IMG/VR virus record: IMGVR_UViG_3300045988_125802
Length of the DNA stretch: 64,000 nt
From: a virus
Direction: 5' to 3' (one strand)
The translations under genes and the position numbers were made by a program. The notes beneath the pieces are model-generated. The model made no database searches. It worked only from the letters and a program-made list of their open reading frames with translations, and was not told where the DNA came from. This document shows positions 56,616 to 64,000 of this stretch, piece after piece (within the stretch, counting starts at the first letter, position 1; each line of letters starts with the position of its first letter).

Positions 56616-59474
56616 TTATCTCCTTTTCTTTCTCTTATAGTGTACTTGACCTCTCTTATTAAGAGTATAATCAGAATAGGGATTACTATTTACCATATTT
56701 ATAGCAAAATTCTCTTTCCCTAATTCTCCCAAAGAAGTTAATAAATTAGAAAGATTTGAGGACTTGGCAGCAGAAGTAGCTCTATCTATCTGGTCTCTAA
56801 ATGAAGCTTCCTGAACAGCTGCTTGTAACCTTACCTTATCTAAGTTTTGATTAGCTAAAGCTGCTCTCATAGCTCCTTCACTATTTAACTGCTCAGTGCC
56901 CCTATTAAACGTTTCTACCCTTTCTTTTTGACTTCTATTATATTCCTCAGCTTGTCTGGCAAGATTACCAAGTTGCATCTGTGCATTGTTATCAGCAGCC
57001 AGTAATGCAGCCATTGCTGTAGCTCTGTTACCATTAGATTGATTCATTATAGCTCTTCTATTAGCAGCTGCTTGTGACCTTAATTGATTTGTATAATAAT
57101 TTCTATCTAGGGGTTTATATGATAAATAGTTACTTACAGGTCTATAGGAAACCTCTCTTAAATTTGAAGCAGCTTTGCCAATTAAATTAGGATTAGAATA
57201 ATCTGGCCTATTGGTTATACCAAGCCTATCTGTCATAACATTGACAGCACTTCCTATTATAGGAGCATACCTACTGCCTACTTGAAATGAAGGCACACCA
57301 TCAGTGCTTTCATACTCATCAGCTCCTCTATTAGCAGGATTTATATACCTATTGTAGGGATTACCTATGAGATTTGGAGCAGCTTTGGTTAGATTAGGAG
57401 ATGTGTTAAAATCTAATGAAATAGAACTGCCTAATCTTTTAATATCAGGAATTTGTTTCCACTGTGAAGCATCAGCACCATAAAAAGGTACTTCATATTT
57501 AATACCATCCACTGTTTCTATATAGGAATCATTATAGCCATCAAATAAGTGGCCACCTAGCTCTTTATAATTCTTATTGTTCTTTATCTTCTTCATCTCC
57601 TTTATAACTTCTTGAGCTTGCTGTAACTTATTCATACTATCTTTCAAACCACTCATACTTATAGGATCATTAGGTCTTTCTTCAGACTCTTTGCTCAATT
57701 TTTCAGCTATATAAGCAAAAGAATAATTATTGTATTTAGTAGGTAATCCTACTTCCTGCAACACTTTTTTGTCAGGAAAGAGTCTATTACTATAGACATA
57801 GTCATTATAGATTACTTCTCCCTCTTCTACCAGATTAGGTTCACCATCAGGTGCAATACCCATAGGAACACCATTAAGGGGATTAGTTTCATGTAAGCCC
57901 CCCTCATTGATAGTTTTAACCCCATTGGTGAAATCAGTTCTGCGTGTATCTATCTTTCCTCCCTCATTATATAAAACAGGGATATTTATTTTAGCTTCAG
58001 GTATTTCTAATATAGGAGATATACTAGACTCATCTATCTTGCTTAAATCTTGTCTCTTAATAGGCTTGGGCTTTACTACAGGTTTATCATACTCAAAAGG
58101 TTCAGACCCACTTAATTTAATATAGACAGGATAAGAATCTATTGGATTCAATTTACCTTTCCTAATAAGATTAGCAGCTCCTGCATTACCCCTATGATAC
58201 CCTGCTTGGGCATATGCCCAAAGATTATTATCACTTACTTTAGGAAATTTCTTCTTCATATAGTCTCTCCTGCTGATTAACTCAGCAGCTACTGCTGAAA
58301 TAGGCTGATACCATTCATCAAAAATAACTGAATTAACAGGCCTTCCATGCTCATTCATTGTAGGAAATTCATGTACTGGATAGTCTTCTAGAAGTTTAAC
58401 ATCCCCATTCTTGTAATGGGTATAAAAATCACCTAAACCAAAATCTGTAAATCCTGATAAAGGAGTTCTAGGTAACTCTTTAGCAGTGTTATACATATTA
58501 ATGTAACTATCTATGACTCCTTCTTGAGCTAACCTTGTAGCCAATACATTAGTTGGGATATTATATCTTTTTGCAATACTCTTAACAGAATCAGCGAATT
58601 CAGTATCCCTATCATAATATTTCTGCCTTGCTCCCCTTGGAGAACCTCCTATGTAACTGTATTCATCACCAGACAAATATCCCCCATCAGCATGTTTCCA
58701 TTTACTGGCATTCCTAGCAAAATTAGCCTTCTTAACCATAGCAGGAGAATAATCTTCTTTGTTAGCCAACACCTGTCTGGCAAATTCCTGAACTCCTTTC
58801 CCTCTTCTTTTAGCAGCTGCTGTAAATGTTCCCTTCTTTGAAGGATTTATATGTATTTTTCCACCTTCAGCCATATAATTACTTAATAGATCATTTAATT
58901 GTCTATCTTCAATGTTATCAGCTCCAACAGCAAAGGCACTTTGTGCTGCCAAATTTGCAGCATTTCTCTGCTCATTAAGAGTCCTAGTTAAGTTCTTTGC
59001 TTTATCAGAAAACCACCCATCAGTCCCAACCTCATCTTGAGATATAATCCCAAGAGGAGTCTGAGAAGCTTGTTGGGCAAGTAAATTATCATAGCTACTT
59101 TGATCTACTGTAATATTTCTTTGAGAAGCATTGGCTTGTTCAATATCTTTTACAGCCTCTTCATTTATATTAGAACCAAATGCTGCATTTACAAGACCTC
59201 CCAAGACATTAACACCAGCTCCTATTATACCTCCTACCCCAGGTATATTAGAGGCTAAAGAGCCTATAGTTTGCATAGCACTCCCAACTCCTGTTGAATT
59301 TCCGCCAGCTAATACATCACTTACCCCTCCAGCAACTGAACCTAAAGTGTTAAATAAATTCTGAGATTTATTAGTAAGATTGCCAGACACCTTATCTGAT
59401 ATTTTATTCAATCTGTCACCAAAGGCATATAAGTGTAAGGCTCTCTTATTATTTCTAATCCTTTTATTAGTCAT
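56616..59474 (-). CDS. Large virion-module protein (about 952 aa) with a Gly-rich hydrophobic N-terminal region and a possible lysozyme/transglycosylase-like segment
   Basis: The track starts at GTG 59582. I prefer the ATG at 59474 (MTNKRIRNNK), downstream of a terminator hairpin and a TAtcTTTG box. GGVSDVLAGGNSTGVGSAMQTIGSLASNIPGVGGIIGAGVNVLGGLVNAAFG. LATRLAQEGVIDSY ... AYAQAGYHRGNAGA weakly resembles SLT-type lysozyme motifs. Confidence 0.5.
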   Translation of the reverse strand: MTNKRIRNNKRALHLYAFGDRLNKISDKVSGNLTNKSQNLFNTLGSVAGGVSDVLAGGNSTGVGSAMQTIGSLASNIPGVGGIIGAGVNVLGGLVNAAFGSNINEEAVKDIEQANASQRNITVDQSSYDNLLAQQASQTPLGIISQDEVGTDGWFSDKAKNLTRTLNEQRNAANLAAQSAFAVGADNIEDRQLNDLLSNYMAEGGKIHINPSKKGTFTAAAKRRGKGVQEFARQVLANKEDYSPAMVKKANFARNASKWKHADGGYLSGDEYSYIGGSPRGARQKYYDRDTEFADSVKSIAKRYNIPTNVLATRLAQEGVIDSYINMYNTAKELPRTPLSGFTDFGLGDFYTHYKNGDVKLLEDYPVHEFPTMNEHGRPVNSVIFDEWYQPISAVAAELISRRDYMKKKFPKVSDNNLWAYAQAGYHRGNAGAANLIRKGKLNPIDSYPVYIKLSGSEPFEYDKPVVKPKPIKRQDLSKIDESSISPILEIPEAKINIPVLYNEGGKIDTRRTDFTNGVKTINEGGLHETNPLNGVPMGIAPDGEPNLVEEGEVIYNDYVYSNRLFPDKKVLQEVGLPTKYNNYSFAYIAEKLSKESEERPNDPISMSGLKDSMNKLQQAQEVIKEMKKIKNNKNYKELGGHLFDGYNDSYIETVDGIKYEVPFYGADASQWKQIPDIKRLGSSISLDFNTSPNLTKAAPNLIGNPYNRYINPANRGADEYESTDGVPSFQVGSRYAPIIGSAVNVMTDRLGITNRPDYSNPNLIGKAASNLREVSYRPVSNYLSYKPLDRNYYTNQLRSQAAANRRAIMNQSNGNRATAMAALLAADNNAQMQLGNLARQAEEYNRSQKERVETFNRGTEQLNSEGAMRAALANQNLDKVRLQAAVQEASFRDQIDRATSAAKSSNLSNLLTSLGELGKENFAINMVNSNPYSDYTLNKRGQVHYKRKKRR

Positions 59475-59494
59475 GAATAATAGTTTTAATCTTA

Positions 59495-59502
59495 CAAAGA
59501 TA
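59495..59502 (-). promoter_or_regulatory. Candidate -7 box on the minus strand (TAtcTTTG)
   Basis: The reverse complement of CAAAGATA at 59495-59502 matches TAnnTTTG, 21 nt upstream of the minus-strand ATG at 59474. Confidence 0.4.
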
Positions 59503-59545
59503 TAGAAAGAGTTTGTTATATACAATAGTTTACTTAAAAAAATAA

Positions 59546-59575
59546 TACTAGGTAAATCAAATTGTTTACCTAGTA
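59546..59575 (-). terminator. Rho-independent terminator on the minus strand
   Basis: Perfect 11-bp stem TACTAGGTAAA / TTTACCTAGTA with an 8-nt loop. On the minus strand it is followed by TATTATTTTTTTT. Lies just downstream of the stop of the 59582.. gene. Confidence 0.55.
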
Positions 59576-59581
59576 TTAACA

Positions 59582-62500
59582 CTACTCAAAATAATGCACT
59601 ATTAAATCATGTATAACTGTCTTAATTCCCGCGTATACATCATTTTTAGTTAACATAATATTAAGCCAAGGATTTCTCATCCTATCTCTATTATTCTTTG
59701 AATCTCTTGGTATTAAAAGATTCCATGTTCTAAATTTCTTCTTAACATTAGAATTACCTATTCTATTAAATTTTAAACTTACACTATTAGATTGATATTC
59801 ATTTTTTACCTCTAATCTATCAAAAGCCATATGATCATACCAGTATGTATTATCATCATAAAAACAGTCAGCTCTATATTCAATGTTGTTGAATATTTTG
59901 TCACTTGTAGGATCTGGATTAGCTATTATATTTATATAATAAGGCTGCAACACGTTATAGAAATCGTTATAATTACCTTCATGTTGCTTCCATAGTTTAT
60001 ATCCACCTTCATAGATATTTTTATAAGAACTGAATGGTCTTATAGCCCCAGTGGTATCTGTTAGGGAAAATATATAAGGAGTTTTTTCATAACTATAGAA
60101 TGATGTAAACTCATTAAACAATTCATTATAGGCTAGGCACTCTTTATTTGTTATAAACAATATATCTCCAGTGGTATTATCATAATAAGTTACCATATTA
60201 TTAAAATCAACAGGATTCCAAACAATGCCTTCCTTGGAGTTACTATATACCCAAGAGTGAAATCCTTTTGAATCACTAAGATTAGTTATAGAATTGTTGA
60301 ATAAATAAATGCTCTTTGAAATATCATCTGTAAAGTATAGTCCATTAGGACTCTGACAAATAGACCACTTATTTTGACATCCTATGATATTACTAATATA
60401 TCTTACTCCATTAACTTTACCACTATTGCCCAATTCCACTGGAACACCTTCAGTTGTAGATAACTGAGTCCTTGTATTATACAATATTTCTGAAATACCT
60501 TTATCTTGAAAAGCTATAAGACTGTTATTTAAAAATTTAATAGCATTCACAGGACCTAAAGCACCATCTAAGTCATAAGTATTTAACATGCTTATATTCA
60601 ACCAAGGATCAATGTCTTGCCCATTGGATTTTGGTTGAGTCCAAGTTATTAGATTTAAAAATTTGTCATTTCTTAAATCACTCAAAGCTCTATATGTGAA
60701 GAAGTTATTAAGCTGACTATATACAGGATTGATTTGATTAAATATATTTGGATTTATGTTAGTGTTATCTTTTAATCCCCTATTTCTATCATATCTTCCA
60801 TCAATATTTATTCTGGTCTCACACATAAAAGATACTATATCTACTATATTGTTTTTATATCCTTCCTCATAAGGATATGTCTTTAAATGGTCATATCTTT
60901 GATAATATGTATCTCCCTCTTTCCATACTATATTACCTATATTTTCAATACTTATTTCATCTCCACAAATTAACCACTCATTTTGTTCTACAGCAGTAGA
61001 TGAAGTACCTCCAAATCTATTCTGTATATCATCTCTATATAGCTCCCCTAACCATAAAAATCCGTAATCCAGGCTACGAAACTTATAGCTTAAATCTATA
61101 ATATCTGTTATAGTTCCTGTAATTTCTCTGTTTTTATCCCATAGTAGGTGGGTACTGCCAGAGTCCTCCTTATTAAATTCAAAGAATGTAGAGTTAATAT
61201 ACCAACTTCCACTATTATCTCCATCTATTATAGATGGCAAGGTTATTTGTTTCCCGTTATTAGTATATCTAAGAGACATTACAATATGGGGAGTAGATTT
61301 ATAGGATATTCTAACAGGCTGATTCCCCAGATTAGTAGTCGAAAATCCTTTTGCCTTCACTGTTTCAGGTTTGGAAAAGACATAATCAGTATTAATAGGA
61401 TAAGCTACTTGCATAACATTATCCCCTTGAAACCTAGTATAACCAATATCTGGATCACCTATTTCAGTGACTCTATTTGTACTATACCCAACTATACTAT
61501 TCCCTGTATATCTTAAAGGTCCAACATAGGAGGTATTAATAGGATATGCACCATTATTATTATTTACAGACTTATAGACTACCTTATCAACATTCCCCAT
61601 ATATACAATATCATCTCCATTACTCTGGGATGGGAGTTTTATAATATCTGTGCTGTCAGACCTAAAGAGATAAGCTCCTGTTATACCTCTTTTATTTGCA
61701 TCCCCTTCTATTTCAGTATAGTAAATTTTATTACTATTCAAATAAATATTTGTATAAGAGTATCTGAGATTAGACATAGTTTTCTTTATCAATAAAGAAG
61801 GAGCTGCAGCATCTGTCCTATCAGAGTTGTTTAGACATCCTTCCCTATGCCAAGGATATACCACAAAGGAGGTATCATAATGATTAGGATTAGCTTGATC
61901 TTTAAAATAAGCATCGTAATTGTATATTTCATCTCTCCAAAAGGGATAAGCACATAAGCACCTGCCTCCATCATGTGCTATGTTCAAAACCTCTACATTA
62001 TCAAAGGATTTTACAAGTCCTGGAGCAAACTTAGTAGAATATGTTGGGGAGGAACTATTATCTGAAGCTGCCTTATCTACATATGCAGAAGGACTATTAG
62101 CTTCTATATCTATATCTGAAGCAAATGCTGTAATAGGAACGATGCCAACTATTCTCAATTTGGCATTACTAATTAGCTTATCAATATTGTCATTAAATTC
62201 TATATCTGGAGAATGCAGAGTAAAGATACTTTGATCCACAAAGAAATTGTCGCTATGGTTGTCTATTAATGCGTCATCTTCATTTCTATTATTGGTATTA
62301 TTCCCTATAGGCCAAGTAAGATTATTATAAGTAAGCTGTATTTCACAATTTCTATTATAATTATTAGGTAAGCCAATTAAATGAGTATTTTCCAACCAAG
62401 AACCCTCTTCAGCAATTTTACTATAAGGGACTCTATTAAAAGTATAAATATTAAACCAGTTCTGATCATGAAAAGACCTATCTGAATCTAAATTTATAGT

Positions 62501-64000
62501 ACTTCTACTCTCATTTGCTAATACATTTCTTTTGGAAAACTCTCCATTTGACTCTATTATAGGGTCATTAGTGTCTCCATTACTATATGTGAATATAACT
62601 GGATTTAAAGTATCTGGATAATAATTCGTGATAGTAACATTGGATTTGTCATTTATAGTTCTACCTTGGTCATAAGGTTTAAAAGGTCTTGTAAACCATG
62701 ATGGTATAGCATAAATCTCTCCATCACACCTATCTTTCAAATTAAAGAGGGTAGGACATAATATACCCTGGCAAATAGATTCTCTCTCTTCTTCTCTTGG
62801 ATATACAATAATAGGTCTTACAGCAACATAATCTAATTCACTTAATTCATTATACAAATCAGATATTATGCTGTGTTCTCCCTCACTATCTGTATAAGTA
62901 TAGTCCTCTAAATTAGCTATAACAGGGAATATTTTCTTATTTTTCATTGTTCCAGATTTTATATCTGGAACCCCTATACTAACTGTATTTCTTGCATCCC
63001 TTATAAAGACTGGAGAACTCCACTTACCAGATTTGTGTTTAAATTGTAACCCGAATCTGTACCACTCCAAATATTTAAAAGTTCTAATCTGTTGAGAGTT
63101 ATACTGTAAAGTACTATCATAAGAATATGTAGTTCCAGTAGGGTCTGATACTGGGTACCCTAATTCCCCTTGGTTGGTATAAACTATACCTAATTTTCTT
63201 ACTTTATCTTTGATGCTATCTGTTATATCTTTCTGATTGAGAGTTATCCCTCCTAAGAACAAAGTATTATCTTTGATACCTAATGTTGAGGCTGTTATAT
63301 CTTCACTTCCTAGATATAATAATAATTTATAATCAACATCTTCCCCATATATACCAGTATCTGAAAATGTTATTTCCTTATTTCCATTTATCTCAATGTT
63401 ATTAACGATTTTAGCTATAGGGGTACTATCTATAGAGGTTCTCAATATAGAGTAAACCCTAATATACTCTTCCTTATCATTTACATCACTAATTTTTATC
63501 TCAAAAGAATTACTAGAGCTAGATTCTGCATCTAATCCTCTGTCTTCTAGTGATATGTAATATAATGGAGATATATAAAATGGAGAGGATTCTTTACCAT
63601 TCTTAGTATAGTATGTAAACATATATTGAATGACACCAGAAGAGAAATAGCCTCCGCCATTTAACCTAGTTATAGTAACTTCACTACTACTACTACTACT
63701 AGCAAAGTTGAAGCTATCATCATTCCACAGAGATCTAGTTCTCTCATCTGCTGCAATATTTATGTATCTGGGTTGATTAATACCATCAACCCAGTATATC
63801 TTTTGGATTGCGTCATTTTCATAATTTGCTATAGCTTCTATGGGATACTTGTATTGAAAATTTAAAAAACCCTTATATAATAATTCAGACTTAATAATGC
63901 CTTCATTAAAATTTATCTTATATATAAAGTCTCCGCTTTCTATCTCTATATCAGAGATATTTGCAGTCTCTGCTTTAATAGAGATATTTGCAGTCTCTGC
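59582..64000 (-). CDS. Giant tail/receptor-binding-like protein, 5'-truncated by the window (at least 1472 aa visible)
   Basis: The track gives 59582..63622 from the first ATG. I translated the same frame upstream to position 64000 and found no stop (…AETANISIKAETANISDIEIESGDF…SSSSSSEVTITRLNGGGYFSSGVIQYMFTYY…). N/Y/G/T-rich composition is typical of beta-rich fibre/propeller proteins. Confidence 0.55.
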   Translation of the reverse strand, partial: AETANISIKAETANISDIEIESGDFIYKINFNEGIIKSELLYKGFLNFQYKYPIEAIANYENDAIQKIYWVDGINQPRYINIAADERTRSLWNDDSFNFASSSSSSEVTITRLNGGGYFSSGVIQYMFTYYTKNGKESSPFYISPLYYISLEDRGLDAESSSSNSFEIKISDVNDKEEYIRVYSILRTSIDSTPIAKIVNNIEINGNKEITFSDTGIYGEDVDYKLLLYLGSEDITASTLGIKDNTLFLGGITLNQKDITDSIKDKVRKLGIVYTNQGELGYPVSDPTGTTYSYDSTLQYNSQQIRTFKYLEWYRFGLQFKHKSGKWSSPVFIRDARNTVSIGVPDIKSGTMKNKKIFPVIANLEDYTYTDSEGEHSIISDLYNELSELDYVAVRPIIVYPREEERESICQGILCPTLFNLKDRCDGEIYAIPSWFTRPFKPYDQGRTINDKSNVTITNYYPDTLNPVIFTYSNGDTNDPIIESNGEFSKRNVLANESRSTINLDSDRSFHDQNWFNIYTFNRVPYSKIAEEGSWLENTHLIGLPNNYNRNCEIQLTYNNLTWPIGNNTNNRNEDDALIDNHSDNFFVDQSIFTLHSPDIEFNDNIDKLISNAKLRIVGIVPITAFASDIDIEANSPSAYVDKAASDNSSSPTYSTKFAPGLVKSFDNVEVLNIAHDGGRCLCAYPFWRDEIYNYDAYFKDQANPNHYDTSFVVYPWHREGCLNNSDRTDAAAPSLLIKKTMSNLRYSYTNIYLNSNKIYYTEIEGDANKRGITGAYLFRSDSTDIIKLPSQSNGDDIVYMGNVDKVVYKSVNNNNGAYPINTSYVGPLRYTGNSIVGYSTNRVTEIGDPDIGYTRFQGDNVMQVAYPINTDYVFSKPETVKAKGFSTTNLGNQPVRISYKSTPHIVMSLRYTNNGKQITLPSIIDGDNSGSWYINSTFFEFNKEDSGSTHLLWDKNREITGTITDIIDLSYKFRSLDYGFLWLGELYRDDIQNRFGGTSSTAVEQNEWLICGDEISIENIGNIVWKEGDTYYQRYDHLKTYPYEEGYKNNIVDIVSFMCETRINIDGRYDRNRGLKDNTNINPNIFNQINPVYSQLNNFFTYRALSDLRNDKFLNLITWTQPKSNGQDIDPWLNISMLNTYDLDGALGPVNAIKFLNNSLIAFQDKGISEILYNTRTQLSTTEGVPVELGNSGKVNGVRYISNIIGCQNKWSICQSPNGLYFTDDISKSIYLFNNSITNLSDSKGFHSWVYSNSKEGIVWNPVDFNNMVTYYDNTTGDILFITNKECLAYNELFNEFTSFYSYEKTPYIFSLTDTTGAIRPFSSYKNIYEGGYKLWKQHEGNYNDFYNVLQPYYINIIANPDPTSDKIFNNIEYRADCFYDDNTYWYDHMAFDRLEVKNEYQSNSVSLKFNRIGNSNVKKKFRTWNLLIPRDSKNNRDRMRNPWLNIMLTKNDVYAGIKTVIHDLIVHYFE
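63953..64000. repeat. Direct repeat: 21-nt unit AGAGATATTTGCAGTCTCTGC twice at a 27-nt period
   Basis: Identical copies at 63953-63973 and 63980-64000. They encode AETANIS twice on the minus strand. The second copy ends exactly at the window edge. Confidence 0.6.

Noticed and set aside
1-64000. Search for lysogeny/integration functions, CRISPR arrays, rRNA, and obvious toxin or antibiotic-resistance motifs
   Set aside because: No integrase/recombinase motifs (R..H..R..Y or serine-recombinase), no regularly spaced direct repeats, and no rRNA-like sequence were seen in any frame or strand. Absence is by eye only.

Overview
AT-rich, densely coding dsDNA phage fragment. By gene content it most resembles a crAss-like (Crassvirales-type) phage of a Bacteroidota host; this is inference, no database search was possible. 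Layout: (i) 1-2840, a mostly non-coding leader with two canonical tRNA-Arg genes (anticodons CCT and TCT), two aberrant tRNA-like elements and two ORFs. (ii) 2.8-35.7 kb, a plus-strand early/replication/nucleotide-metabolism module. It holds a PRTase, an SPFH lipoprotein plus glucosaminidase, an SF2 helicase, a DnaB-like ATPase, a split P-loop ATPase, a TOPRIM primase, a JAB protease adjacent to an E1/ThiF-like enzyme, UDG, two PD-(D/E)XK nucleases, split NrdD plus NrdG, dUTPase, a retropepsin-like protease, a split family-A DNA polymerase and ThyX. (iii) 35.8-47.2 kb, two giant plus-strand ORFs; the first (2454 aa) carries a DFDVD motif like crAss-type virion RNA polymerases. (iv) 47.9-64.0 kb, a convergent minus-strand block of giant virion/tail-like proteins, the last running off the window. 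Three essential genes (P-loop ATPase, nrdD, polA) appear interrupted by group I introns that carry homing endonuclease ORFs. At least seven homing-endonuclease-like ORFs are present in total. Several module boundaries carry TAnnTTTG boxes (Bacteroidota-type -7 promoter element), and many start codons are preceded by A8-A11 tracts. The standard genetic code appears to be used: TAG acts as a real stop several times. No integrase, CRISPR array or rRNA was seen. The most unusual content is the tightly coupled four-gene cluster at 15974-20319 containing a JAMM/JAB metalloprotease and an E1/ThiF-like adenylyltransferase.
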